From Octopus bimaculoides (Eukaryota): 64,000 bases of DNA. Within the stretch, counting starts at the first letter, position 1. Each line of letters opens with the position of its first letter. This document shows, piece after piece, positions 1 through 12,866 of the stretch. Below the pieces are notes generated by a model, which saw only the letters and a program-made list of their open reading frames with translations, was not told where the DNA came from and ran no database searches. A program made the position numbers and the translations under genes. Location of the stretch: NCBI RefSeq assembly GCF_001194135.2, contig NC_068984.1, positions 129,692,260 to 129,756,259 of the forward strand, read 5' to 3'.

Positions 1-80
1 GGGCCTACACACTCGGGAATAATAATTGGCAAGAAATGGAAATGGAATTGAAAGAAGAAAAAACTCACGATAATCATAAC

Positions 81-760
81 CCTTTCTTACTCTCGGCACA
101 AGGCCTGGAATTTGGGCGAGGAGGGACCAGTCGATTACATCGACCCCAGTGTTTCATTGGTACTTACTTTATTGACCCCAAAAGGATGAAAGGCAAAGTC
201 GACCCTCGGCTGAATTTGAATTCAGAACGTAAAGACGAAAGACATACCGCTAAGCATTTTGCCCGGCGTGCTAACGATTCTACCAGCTCGCCGCCTTTTT
301 CATAATCCTTTCTACTATAGGCACAAGGCCTGAAATTGGAGGTAGGAGGATAGTCGATTAATTCGACCCCAGTACTCAACTGGTACTTAATTTATCGACC
401 CCGAAAGGATAAAAAGGCAAAGTCTACCTCGGCGGAATTCGAACTCAGAACGTAGCGGTAGACGGAAATACCGCTAAGCATTTCGCCCGGCGTGCTAACG
501 ATTCTGACAGCTTGCCGGCTTTTTCATAATATTAATAATACTAATAATTAATGTTAGTTCAAATTTTGGCACAAGGCCAGCATTTTTTGGGGTGGGGATA
601 AGTCGATTACAGAGACTCCCACACTCAACTCAACTGGTATTTATTTTATCGACCCTGAAAGAATGAAAGACAAAGTCGACCTCGGCAGAATTTGAACTCA
701 GAATGTGAAGACGGTCGAAATGCCGCTAAGCATTTTGTCCGGTGTGCTAACGATTTTGCC
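81..760 (-). mobile_element. Three tandem copies of tRNA-derived SINE family A (about 81-296, 307-519, 561-760)
   Basis: Shared body GGCGAGCTGGCAGAATCGTTAGCACGCCGGGC...GAGTTCAAATTC...GCCTTTCATCCTTTCGGGGTCGATAAATTAAGTACCAG on the minus strand. The second copy is flanked by TTTTTCATAAT (296-306, 520-530). The central domain resembles Meta/MESC-type SINE domains (recalled). Confidence 0.85.
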
Positions 761-1379
761 TAATGATAATAATAACACACACACACACACACACGCGCAT
801 TGACATACCCCGCTTTTACATACACACACATATATTCACACAGAGTTGACACGCTCTTTGATTTATTTTTCAGCGTACAATTTTCATCATCCCACTACCA
901 AATATAACATCACCCCTTCCTTATTCATCTATCACTCCTTCCTTTCTGATTCATAAACACAAGAGTATTATTATAGTAGATTATCTCGGTAAGCATGGGA
1001 GCTATGAAAAAAATACAAAGCTCATCAACACCACCGGATCATTCTACACATCTGTGTAATTTTTCGCGCAATTCCACCCAGCCGTTTGAGCGTGAATACC
1101 AACACAAGAAAATATACAAGAAAGAATCGCCCATATCAAATTTATATGTATAGGTATATATATATATATATATATATATATNNNNNNNNNNNNNNNNNNN
1201 NNNNNNNNNNNNNNNNNNNNNNNNNNNNNNNNNNNNNNNNNNNNNNNNNNNNNNNNNNNNNNNNNNNNNNNNNNNNNNNNNNNNNNNNNNNNNNNNNNNN
1301 NNNNNNNNNNNNNNNNNNNNNNNNNNNNNNNNNNNNNNTTTAATTAAGTGAAAATTTTCAAATTCGGCATATCTGCAGC

Positions 1380-2614
1380 TCCACGTGAGCTAGAAATTCT
1401 GGAAGTATCGGCTGGTGAGACATAAGGGCAAGACATACTGTTTGATTAGGCTGAGTTTCGGGCTGAATTTTGCTCCAAAGAAATTGGCAACAGTGCTCAA
1501 ATCTATCCCGAGAAAAGGTAGACAAGGTAAAAAAAAAAAGGCCACCAATTCTAATATACTTTTTTATTCTAGGCACAAGGCCCACAATTTTGGGGAAGTG
1601 GGGGGGGGGGCAATCAATTAGATCGACCCCAGTACGCAACTGGTACTTAATTTATCGACCCCAAAAGGATGAAAGGCAAAGTCGACCTCGTCTGAACTTA
1701 GAACGTAAAGACAGACGAAATACCGCTGAGCATTTCGGCTGGCGTACTAACGTTTCCACCAGCTCGTCGCCTTCACCAATTCTAATATAGACAACAACCT
1801 GGTAGACGAGAGCTCATTGGTCATAGGTCACTTAAAGAAGTGACCACCGAAACCACCGGAGCCAATGGTTGGAGGAGCTGCACTGGGATATATCTCTCGA
1901 TGGTTCACTGCGTACCGGGTTAAATGACGATATGAAGGGAAATTAAGACGGGCACTGCGGATGAAGTTGTACGTATCCTGAGCGAGATATTTCCTAGAGC
2001 AGGGCCCTGTGGACGAATTGCTGATGGACAACGGCATCGCATTTCGCTCGGAGATGCTGAATGAAATGTTCAATAAGTGGAATGTGCACCGCTTCTTCAG
2101 ATCGGCATACAGGTCGAGTGGAAATGAGATCGTGGAAAGACAACACCATCGCGCGATCAAGGCCATGGCGGAGAGGGAATGCATCTCACCACTGGAAGCG
2201 GTATTTTGGTACATGTCACCCCGATCAGGACAGGCCGAAGAGTCCGTGTCACACAGAGCGATATTCATGTATGAATGGCGACACTCGTGTACAGCATCAC
2301 AACACCTTGTGGAAGAGAGAGAGAGAGAGAGAGAGAGAAAGCCTATTTTCGCGCAGGTGGGAAATAAAGTCTATGTCAAGCTCTCAAAGACACGCTGCAT
2401 ATCTCAGTGGAACAGAGGGACAATGACGGCTGTTAATTCCAAAAATAAAGTCTCTGTGGATGGAATGCAGCGTCATGTCTTGGATGTTCGTAGAATTGTC
2501 GCTTCGTCGAGCGACGAAGGTGGCGGAGAGGAAGCTAGCGGTGCTCCATCCATGGGGAAATCCCGACGAGTGAGACGTCCGCCAAGGTACATGGCAGATT
2601 TCAGCATGGAGTGA
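1380..2614 (+). mobile_element. Decayed Ty3/Gypsy pol remnant: RT fragment (YCLIRLSFGLNFAPK; ATNSNIDNNLVDES) plus integrase core (DELLMDNGIAF...SGNEIVER)
   Basis: ORFs 1415-1621 and 2009-2614 show RT motif B, a degenerate YxDD and integrase D..E residues. RNase H is apparently deleted, and a (GA)n tract sits in frame in the integrase. Confidence 0.8.
1559..1773 (-). mobile_element. SINE family A inserted in the Gypsy RT
   Basis: 16-bp TSD CACCAATTCTAATATA at 1543-1558 and 1774-1789. Confidence 0.9.
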
Positions 2615-2624
2615 AATGGGGAGG

Positions 2625-3057
2625 TGATCTTTGAGATCAGAGGGGTATGTGGAGATGAGGGGAACCAAGAGGAAAAGGTCAGTGACGTCAATGGCTGAGG
2701 AGCCCTACTAGAAGAGGAAGAGTGAGCGAGGTCAAGTGGACGAAAGTAAGACCCGCGTGGGCTTCTTTGGCTTCGGATGTAGATGTAAGAGCTGGAGAGG
2801 GAGTATGCCGTAGGTTCTAGCGATAGGTTAATGCACTTTTCGGATTTAACCCAATTAGACAGTCAACACAGAGAGGAAACCTGAGAGACAAGTGAATCGC
2901 ACTTCGTTCCTCGTATTACAGACGAAGAGATGTGTTGCAGTGTTGCGTGTAATGAATGACAGAGCATATATGGACCAAAAGGTTACGCAGGGTCCCGTCT
3001 GAAAAAGAAGGGAGAAGTGCAGTAACGTAGCTGGTGATGGTGGTGGTGGCAAGCACA
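2625..3057 (+). mobile_element. Probable 3' LTR of the Gypsy element
   Basis: Purine-rich tract GAGTGAAATGGGGAGG (2609-2624) directly after the integrase stop, then TG. The 3' CA boundary is uncertain. Confidence 0.45.
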
Positions 3058-3284
3058 ATTAGATCTGCTATATCAGCCAGTATGGGCTGGTGGGGTCACT
3101 GAGGGATGAGAGTGTAAAGCACAAGAGCTTACCCCGAGCGCATACGCTTAAGCTACGCTTCTGGCAAAGTTTTCAAAATTTGTGAAACCGCAGGGTCAAA
3201 TTCGAGGAGACAGAAGTAAGGCGGGATTGTGCAGAGCAAAGATGAGATGGCTGCATGGTGTCTACCTCTCTCTCCACCTATCTG

Positions 3285-3420
3285 TCTATACATACATACA
3301 TACATACATACATACATACGTACGTACGCACACACACACACACCACGTTCAAGATATATAAAAGAGTGAAATAATATAACGACAAAGTTATTTTTTGAAA
3401 ATGTATCGTCAGTGAAAGTT

Positions 3421-3467
<47 letters not shown>

Positions 3468-3612
3468 CCTGTCTGTCTATTTATCTGCCTGTCTGTCTAT
3501 TTATCTGCCTGTCTGTCTATCTATCTATCNNNNNNNNNNTCTACCTGTCTGTCTATTTATCTGCCTGTCTGTCTATCTATCTATCTATCTATCTGTCTGT
3601 TTTTACACACAC
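3285..3612. repeat. Compound microsatellites (CATA)n, (CA)n, (CTAT)n/(CTGT)n
   Basis: Directly visible, with a 10-N gap. Confidence 0.9.
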
Positions 3613-4173
3613 ACACCAGCTTTGTATAACCTTCTCGTCTCCGGTCTCTTATGTATATACCACTTGTACATACAACTACAAACTAATACCCCTTGGTCGA
3701 AATCAGAGATACGCTTGTCTTAGCAATTAATCTCCGTTTATATATAGGCGTTTATATATANNNNNNNNNNNNNNNNNNNNNNNNNNNNNNNNNNNNNNNN
3801 NNNNNNNNNNNNNNNNNNNNNNNNNNNNNNNNNNNNNNNNNNNNNNNNNNNNNNNNNNNNNNNNNNNNNNNNNNNNNNNNNNNNNNNNNNNNNNNNNNNN
3901 NNNNNNNNNNNNNNNNNNNNNNNNNNNNNNNNNNNNNNNNNNNNNNNNNNNNNNNNNNNNNNNNNNNNNNNNNNNNNNNNNNNNNNNNNNNNNNNNNNNN
4001 NNNNNNNNNNNNNNNNNNNNNNNNNNNNNNNNNNNNNNNNNNNNNNNNNNNNNNNNNNNNNNNNNNNNNNNNNNNNNNNNNNNNNNNNNNNNNNNNNNNN
4101 NNNNNNNNNNNNNNNNNNNNNNNNNNNNNNNNNNNNNNNNNNNNNNNNNNNNNNNNNNNNNNNNNNNNNNNNN

Positions 4174-4432
4174 CGGAAACTGAAAGAAGCCCATCGTATA
4201 TGTGTGTGTGTGTTTGTCCCCCCTGCCCGCAACATAGCTTGACAACCGATGCTGATGTGTTTACGTCTAAGTAACTTAGCGGTTCGGCAAAAGGTACCGA
4301 TAGAATAAGTAAGTACTAGGCGAACAAAGAATAAGTCCTGGGATCGATTTGTTCGACTAAAGGCGGTGCTCCAGCATGGCCGCAGTCAGTCAAATGACTG
4401 AAACAAGTAAAAGAATAAAAGAAGAAAGAATC
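4174..4432 (+). mobile_element. SINE family B, 3' part (5' lost in gap)
   Basis: GGAAACTGAAAGAAGCCC...CTTAGCGGTTCGGCAAAA...GGCGGTGCTCCAGCATGGCCGCAGTC...GAAACAAGTAAAAG matches the other family B copies. Confidence 0.85.
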
Positions 4433-5149
4433 AGTGTGTGTGTGTGAAGGAGTGGGGGAGAGGAAGAGTTTTACAAAAACAAACATAAAAAGAAAATTAG
4501 AAAGGGGAGAGTTTGTTTTTATTTAACATTGAGTTGGCTTTGAATAGAAGCATTCTAGCTATGGCCAGTTCGTTTTATTTTCGGGTTTAGTTTATCATCC
4601 AGGACTATTATTATGTAATAATTCCCTTCGAGAATGTTTGAAGGAAATTTGTGTGCTATTCCTCTCAGGCCGACCGATCACGAAGTGGCCCTCTATTTAA
4701 TTTAGACTGCTCGTTCATCTTTTTCTTTGTTATGTAATAAGTAATAAAAACTAGAGTCCATGTGGACGCTCGACCCACTGGAAATAATAATTACATGTCA
4801 CTCAGATTAAGTCCTACTCTTATTAGAAAGGGAGGACTTATTAAAATTATGTAGCTCTTAGATGTGCTTCTGATGAAACGTCATTGATCAACAAGTCTGC
4901 AGGATCAGGACGCCTGGGACTAAACATTATGAACCTACACGCGTTCACGTACGACCTGCTAGAAATAGAAGTTTATACTTCGTTTAAAAAAAGCGAAGCA
5001 CTTTACCTGTGTTACACTGAGTGTCAGAAAAAAAACTGAATGGTTATAGCTAAAATGCCTTTAATAATAGTTTTGTTGGGTCAGACTTGAACTAAACAAT
5101 AACAAACAAACAAAAATGCACCTCAGCCCGCTCTACCAACAAGTTACCG

Positions 5150-5300
5150 ATCTATTTCCATCATTGAAAACAGCAGCCGCAGTTCCAGTACCACGCAATG
5201 TACTCCACGACATACGCATGCGCACAACCGATCGCACTTAACTTCGAGCGTCGTTGCATTCTACTTTATTTCGCTTCCAGCCATCCATAGGGTGGCGGCT
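5150..5300. promoter_or_regulatory. CpG-rich non-repeat segment with NRF1-like palindromic motif TACGCATGCGCA (5213-5224); candidate promoter
   Basis: Many CG dinucleotides in an AT-rich genome. The motif resembles the NRF1 consensus YGCGCAYGCGCR. No transcript evidence. Confidence 0.3.
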
Positions 5301-7438
5301 ATGCTTTTATTTTCGGCCTTATCTTTTAGTTACGGGTCTCCTCGGAACTTCTAATATCTTCATCTTCGTAAGTAACTATTTTATTTCCCCCTGGTTTTGT
5401 TTGTTTGTTAGTTCCTTTCTCTTTTTCTTTCTCTAATTATCTTGATGAATCGGGGCTTTCGTCTGTCACATTTCGATCTTCTCACTTCGTCCTTTAGATC
5501 AATTTTGATCATCTTTCCGTTTTTTTCTCCTTCATCCAATAATACACGTAATCGAGCATATCCTCCATTTCTCTCTTTTAATTTATCTATCTATCTATCT
5601 ATCTATCTATTCGAAAGAAATAATCCCTGACAGAGAAAGATAGAGATCTTTTTCTGTCAAGGATTATGTTTCTTTCTTCATATACTGCTTTCTTTAATAT
5701 CCTGTAAACATCGCTGTCTTAATTCACACACAGATCGATAGAGAGATAGATTGATTGATAGATAGATAGATAGATGGATAGATAGATAGATAGAAAGAGA
5801 GAGAGAGAGAGAGAGAGAGACTCCTGCATAAAAGTACTAAAAAACACCAGAGAATCGCAGAAAAGTACAAAAGAGAAAAAAAAACCTCTCATTCAAAATA
5901 TAATATTTGTTATCAGAAAAGCGTCACATCTTTTAATGCTTTGATGTGTGACCCTAATAAAATCACGCTCCACTTTATTTGTCAATACACATGTCCCTTT
6001 TAACTGTTTCCTTAATTTTTCCTCTCCCTTTCTTTCTCCCGCTACTTCTCTAATGATTTTTAGTTTTTCTCTCTCACATATCTGTCCTTTTTCCACCTCA
6101 CCTTTACTCACTCCGTTCGTCATATCTGTTTCCATTTGAACTGTCTCCCTTTCAAACCTCTCGCCCTTCAACTTTCGATATTTTACTCAATTCCTATGTA
6201 TTTCTTGTGTCAATACCTTATGATCCAACATCTCCCCTGTAATATGTCTCCTTCTAGGTTATATTTTAGCCACAACACTTCACATACCAACCACTTCTGA
6301 TATTTTCTACACACGCACCAAGACGTAGCCGAGATATAAAGAACAAAAAGGCACTCTATAGAAATATAATACCATCTGGAAAATGCAATAACTATTGCGC
6401 ATTTTACCTCTTTGAATTGTATATCTATGTAGAATCTATCATAGAAATTTTAACGAATCAGTGTTCCAATGGTTCGATTCAACAGAATTACTCACTAAAG
6501 GCCACCTGACAGGCTCCAGCCGATTCTTTTCACCCACAAAAAACTTGAGAACCCGAAGAATTGTGCCTCTGGATCGTTCCCGCAACCTTGTGATTATGAA
6601 GAGAATATCATGATCTCCTAATAGTAATGTGTGTGTGCTGTTTACCTCTGATCGGCTTATGATCATAGCCATTTCGGCCGTGGTCGTATCGTGTTTTTGG
6701 TGCTTCCCAGAAAGTAGTTTTTACCTTGTCAATAGCAGGTGTTTTCCTACAACATGGAAAATATTGGATAAGGAGCGATAAATAGAAGTGTCTGGTAGGT
6801 GCTAATAAAGCATCTATCAAACGTGATATTCTTATGATTATTGCTGGATCCACTAAATATTTTGTGATTATATTCGTGATTAATGTCAATAATGCGTGGA
6901 TATTAAGAATATACGTAAGTATATCGAATGTTAAGAGTTAGACTGATTAACAGCAAATAGATATAATTACTTTTCTGCAAAATTATGGCTTTTTCAACAC
7001 ATTCGATTTTTGTCCCGGTTGTGGTGAGGCTATATATAAACTTACGGTATATCTACACCGTGCAGATGGATACCTATTATCACAAGAAATTAGCACTTTT
7101 CCCACTCGATCCTAAATGGCATGACTTTGCGTGAGTGCAAGTGTCTTTTATAACATGGGCCGTTTCGATCCTAAATGGCATGAGTGCCAGTGTCTTTTTA
7201 TAACATGGGCCGCTTATTAACTTGTGAGGGAATTTCGTAAATGAGAATCGTGCGAAAGCCGTCGTATGTGTGTATGTATGCACGCATGTATGTATGAATG
7301 TTTGTGTGCGCTCACGCGCAGTGAGACTCTCACTGCTTCACTGCCGGTATTTGTTTGTCTCGGTAACTTCCGTGATTCAGTAATAAGAGACTTAAAAGTG
7401 AGTACTAAGGTTGATTTGATCAACTAAATCTGTCGTAG

Positions 7439-7540
7439 TGTTTTCGCTCAATAAACACTCACAACGCCCGGTCTGGGAATCGAAACCGCGATCCTATGAC
7501 CGCGAGTCCGCTGCCCTAACCACTGGGCCATTGCGCCTCC
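7439..7540 (-). mobile_element. SINE family C (tRNA-Arg-like head; OR-type), head only
   Basis: Reverse complement of GGAGGCGCAATGGCCCAGTGGTTAGGGCAGCGGACTCGCGGTC...GGTTTCGATTCCC. Confidence 0.8.
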
Positions 7541-8932
7541 TAGGAATGTAGTATCAAATAACGAATCGTTTTACTTTTAACATCTTTTCAGTTTAAAGTA
7601 CTTCGACGAACATTCAATCAGATACTTTGAAATTCAAATCAGAATCTGTATGAAAAGTAAAAGTGGATTCTTTAGTCGTAAGAAGTAGCAATATATTAAT
7701 TTAAAAAAAAAATTTCTGACTTGATAAAAAGTTACCTAATCGTACCAAANNNNNNNNNNNNNNNNNNNNNNNNNNNNNNNNNNNNNNNNNNNNNNNNNNN
7801 NNNNNNNNNNNNNNNNNNNNNNNNNNNNNNNNNNNNNNNNNNNNNNNNNNNNNNNNNNNNNNNNNNNNNNNNNNNNNNNNNNNNNNNNNNNNNNNNNNNN
7901 NNNNNNNNNNNNNNNNNNNNNNNNNNNNNNNNNNNNNNNNNNNNNNNNNNNNNNNNNNNNNNNNNNNNNNNNNNNNNNNNNNNNNNNNNNNNNNNNNNNN
8001 NNNNNNNNNNNNNNNNNNNNNNNNNNNNNNNNNNNNNNNNNNNNNNNNNNNNNNNNNNNNNNNNNNNNNNNNNNNNNNNNNNNNNNNNNNNNNNNNNNNN
8101 NNNNNNNNNNNNNNNNNNNNNNNNNNNNNNNNNNNNNNNNNNNNNNNNNNNNNNNNNNNNNNNNNNNNNNNNNNNNNNNNNNNNNNNTTTAAAAAAAATA
8201 ACTTTTGAGATCAGTTCGCTCGACTAAAATTCCTCAAGTCGCAATCCCTGGCCGCAGTCAGATAACTGAAATAAGTAAAAGATGAAGATAAAAAATGTAG
8301 TCTTTCTTGAGTTTTTCCATGAATGTAAATTCATTTTAAAAGCATTGTAAAAATTAATCAAGATTTTTTTAACAAATCTACATCAAAATATAGTTTGAAA
8401 ATGAGCAAGACACACAAATTTAGTGAAATTCCAACAGACTTCTGTGCACATTAACTGTGATTTATAAAATTATGAAAGGAATGGAAGTCCGCATGTTCCT
8501 CTCCTTTCTTCAAACAGTACAAGTGTTTTTCATTACGTTAGTCAAAGATAAACTAATATCAATGCCACAGAGTACATGTAAAAATTAGAATAAAACATGA
8601 GAGATTGTTTATACGATATTTAATTATACCATCTTACATGTATTACATTGACAAAAAATAATTATTTGTTATATCATCATCATCATCGTCATCATTTGTT
8701 ACTTAGTGTAAATTGCATAATTGAAATATATTATCAAGTCTTCAGAAACTGGATTGTTGAACTTTTTTGGCAGAAACAGCCTTCCAAGAGGTATGGTTAC
8801 TTCTTTCAATAATCCAACAATTTAGTAATGTTCTGTATAAAGGTTTCTGAAGATTTGGCAATGTTTTCATTATGTAATTTACAGTTTTTTGGTTTATGAA
8901 ATGTACATAAGATGGTGTAACTAAATGTCTTT

Positions 8933-8971
<39 letters not shown>

Positions 8972-8972
<1 letters not shown>

Positions 8973-10300
8973 CATCATCGTAATTATGTTGTCCATGCTG
9001 GCACGGGCTGGACGGTTTGGCCAGGGCTGGCCAGCTGGGGAGCTGCACCAGGCTCCAGTCTGTTTTGGCATGGTTTCTACAGCTGGATGCCCTTCCTAGT
9101 ACCAACCACTCCAAGAGTGTAATGGGTGCCTTTACGTGCCACTGGCATGGGTGCCATTATCATGACACTGGTATCTGCCATGACTGTGGTTTTACTTGGT
9201 TTGATGGGTCTTCTCAAGCATGACATAATGCCAAATGGACTTGGCCATTGCCTCTGTGAGGTCCAAAGTTCAGAGATCATGCTTCACCACCTCATCCCAT
9301 GTCTTCCTGGGTCTACCTCTACCACAGGCTCCCTCCACAATTAGAATTTGGCACTTCTTTACTGTCTTCGTCCATATGCATCACATGACCATACCAGTGC
9401 ATTCATCTCTCTTGCACACCATATCTGATACCCCTTATGCCTAAGTTTGCTCTCAAGATGCTTACACTCTATTGAACATGCACACTGACATTACACATCC
9501 AGCAAAGCATACTGGCTTCATTTCTTTCAAGACTATGCATGTCCTTGGCTGTCTCAGCCCATGTTTCACCACCATGTAGCATAGCTGTTCGCACATAGGT
9601 ATCATACAATCTGCCTTTCACTCTGAGAAGAGGCTCTTTGTTGCCAGCAGAGGCAGGAGCTCTCTAAACTTTGCCCAGCTTAATCTTATTCTCACAGCTA
9701 AGGTCTCAGAACATCCACCTCCATTACTAACTTGAACACTTAAGTAATGGAAGTTATCTACTACCTCTAGCTTACTCACCTGGCAGTTGATGGAGTCTAT
9801 TTTCTGTACATTTTTTGGTGTTTATTGTACATGTCCATCTACCACACAAAAGCTACTTTTCCTGTTAACCTTCTTCTGATATTGCTGCACATTTTATGTG
9901 TCCGAAACTTACACCGAGCGCATCTTATAGAGTTACTACCTACACCTTTTCTACAGATCAAGCAGGGCCATCTACCTGAAGGGACTTGTGATTTGTCTGC
10001 CTTCCTACTTATTAAAACTTTGGTTTTTGCTACGTTAAAGACAAAGATAAGAAATGTAGTCTTTCTTGAGTTTTTCCATGAATGTAAATTCATTTTAGAA
10101 GCATTGTAAAAATTAATCAAGATTTTTTTAACAAATCTACATCAAAATATAGTTTGAAAATGAGCAAGACACTAGACCTTGCTTCCATACCTGGAACTTC
10201 TGTAGTTCTGGTAGTGAGTTAGCTATAAGAATAAGGTCATCAGTATAGAGGAACTCCCAGGGACAGCCTGTCTTAAGTTTGTCTTCTAGGCCACCACTGG
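8972..10300 (-). mobile_element. 5'-truncated RTE/RTE-X-type LINE: RT motif LYTDD, Cys-rich WPCLICRKGVGSNSIRCARC...HKMC, 3' tail ending in (GAT)n
   Basis: Minus-strand translation GCPWEFLYTDDLILIA (about 10230-10265) and ORF 9839-10120. Its 3' tail is shared with many short family D copies. Confidence 0.85.
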
Positions 10301-10554
10301 CTGGAATGGAGATAACACACCTCCAACGAAATCATTTGTTCTCAACAATATGTCTATCCTTTTGGCTGCGTTTTGATCGTTATAAAAACAAGAACTCCGT
10401 AAGCTAAAGGCAGTCACTGAGAGCTACCAACAGTGAGTGTGAACATTATTATTGCACTTCCTTCATTTCATTAAACACTTCATTCATATATTTATATACA
10501 TATACACTACATTTATATATTACCTTTAATAAATTAGCCTTCATAAAGTTCACC

Positions 10555-10758
10555 TTCAAAATGCCACAACGAGTCAGAGTACTTTCTCGCCAACCTCCGA
10601 CAATCTCTCTCTACTCCAGCTGACAGTTTTTTGTACTTTTTCGTGATGGAAAATACACCTTTTGTGGCAGTTATAATGAAATTGCTTTCTTATATCAGAG
10701 TAACAAGGTGTTTCAATAGAACATCTTTACCCCCGGGAATTACTGGGTACACCAGTTA

Positions 10759-10760
<2 letters not shown>
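10555..10760 (+). mobile_element. Possible Helitron 3' end
   Basis: Subterminal hairpin CCCGG-gaatta-CTGGG followed by TTAG|T (canonical CTRR|T); degenerate. Confidence 0.3.
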
Positions 10761-10825
<65 letters not shown>

Positions 10826-10857
10826 TGTATGTATATATATATATGTATATGTATATG

Positions 10858-11182
10858 CACCACCTTTAGTCGACCAAATTGACCCCAGGACTTATTCTTT
10901 GCAAGCCTAGTACTTATCTTATCAGTCTCTTTTGCTGAACCACTAAGTTATGGACTTAAACGCATTAGCATTGGTTGTCAAGCAATGTTGGGGTGACAAA
11001 CACAGACACACAAACATATACACACACATACATATATATATGATGGGCCTTTTTCAGTTTCTGTCTACCAGATCCACTCACAAGGTTTTTGGTCAGCCCG
11101 AGGCTATAGTAGAAGACACTTGCCCAAGGTGCTACGCAATGGGACTGAACCCGGAACCATGTGGTTCGTAAGCAAGCTACTT
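10858..11182 (-). mobile_element. SINE family B, truncated
   Basis: Matches the family B body; preceded by (TA)n/(TATG)n at 10761-10857. Confidence 0.85.
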
Positions 11183-11376
11183 TGTAGGCTATTGCTTTAT
11201 TGCCACTTGAAAATTTTTAATTTATTTTGAAATAAATGTTTTACACAAACAATTCTATTTTGAAATTAAACACAATTACTTCAAGAAAGTATCAAGTCTG
11301 TGGGCTGCATGCGGCCCACAGCCCTCAAGTTATCCAGCCCTGAGTTAAGCAAATGAATGAAGTTTAAATATAGAAG

Positions 11377-11500
11377 ATTTCATCATATGGTGTTATCTAT
11401 GTTAGTATTTCATCATATTGTGTTTTATGAAATAAGTTAGTATTTCATCATATCGTGTTATGTACAATAGCCTAGTATTTCATCATATTGTGTTATTATA
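11377..11500. repeat. Short imperfect tandem repeat, four copies of TAGTATTTCATCATAT(N)GTGTT
   Basis: Directly visible, with variable 30-40-bp spacing. Confidence 0.6.
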
Positions 11501-12477
11501 TTTTATTATATTATGCTATTATCTGCTGTGTGGAGCCTTACATGACAAAGAACTGGCCATTTCCCGTTCCTGTTGTAAAAGGCAACCAAAACAGGTTTTT
11601 AGAATTTTTTCTTCTATCTTTTATCTTTTACTTTAAGCTATTATTAGACTGCAGCCATGCTTGGGCACTACCTTGAAGGGCTTGGTCGAACAAATTGACC
11701 CCAGTACTTACTCTAGTTATCAAGCAGTGGTAGGGACAGACGCAAACACAAAGTACGCAGAATACTCTGTAAAGTGGTTGGTGTTAGGAAGGGCGTCCAC
11801 CCATAGAAACCACGACAAAACAGACAATTGGAGCCTGGTCAGCTCCTGTTAAATTGTCCAACTTATGCTAGCTTAGAAAATGGACATTAAGTGGATGGTA
11901 TTTATGATTTTTCTTAAAGTCTGGTACTCATTCTATCCAATCTATTTTGCTGTTATGAGGATGTAAACAAACCAACACCAATTGCCAGGCAGTGGGTGGG
12001 GTACAAACACAGACATAAACACACACACACACACATCATCATCATTGTTGTCATCATCATCGTCACAACCACCACCACCACCATCGCCACCATCACCACC
12101 ACCACCACCATTTAATGTCTGTTTTCCATGCTGGCATGGGTTGGATGGTTTGACAGGAGTTGGCAAACCAGAAGACTGCACCAAGCTGCACTGTTTTGAC
12201 ATGGGTTTTAATGACTGGTTGTCCGTCCTTCCTATCACCAACTGCTTCACAGAATGGACTGGGTGCTTTTCATGTGACACCAGCACTGGTGAGGTCTATT
12301 TTGACATAACGGGCTTCCATAGTTTTCATTTACCATATTCATTCACATGGCATTGATTGCTATGGAACTATAGTAGAAGATACTTGCCCAAGGTGCTGTG
12401 GAGTGAGATTGAACCTATGATTGCAAAGTGAGATCCTTTTTACCTGTATATATATTTTTATCAACATATCTTATCTC

Positions 12478-12866
12478 TCTTTTACTCTTTTACTTGTTTC
12501 AGTCATTTGACTGTGGCCATGCTGGAGCACCGCCTTTTAGTCGAGCTCATCGACCCCAGGACTTATTCTTTGTAAGCCTAGTACTTATTCTATCGTTCTC
12601 TTTTGCCGAACCGCTTAGTTACAGGGATGAAAACACACCAGCATCGGTTGTCAAGCGATGTTGGGTGGGGACAAACACACATATATGTATACATATACAT
12701 ATATACGACGGGCTTCTTTCAGTTTCCGTCTATCAAATCCACTCACAAGCCTTTGGTCGGCCCAAGGCTATAGTAGAAGACACTTGCCCAAGGTGCCACG
12801 CAGTGGGACTGAACCCGGAACCATGTGGTTGGTAAGCAAGCTACTTACCACACAGCCACTCCTCTG
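12478..12866 (-). mobile_element. SINE family B, near full length
   Basis: tRNA-like head with A box (TGGCTGTGTGG) and B box (GGTTCAGTCC), internal (TA)/(CA) tract and (AAAGAGT)-like tail. Confidence 0.9.

Noticed and set aside
2009-2614. 201-aa ORF as a functional or domesticated integrase
   Set aside because: N-terminally broken by frameshifts, contains a (GA)n insert, and lies in a decayed Gypsy element.
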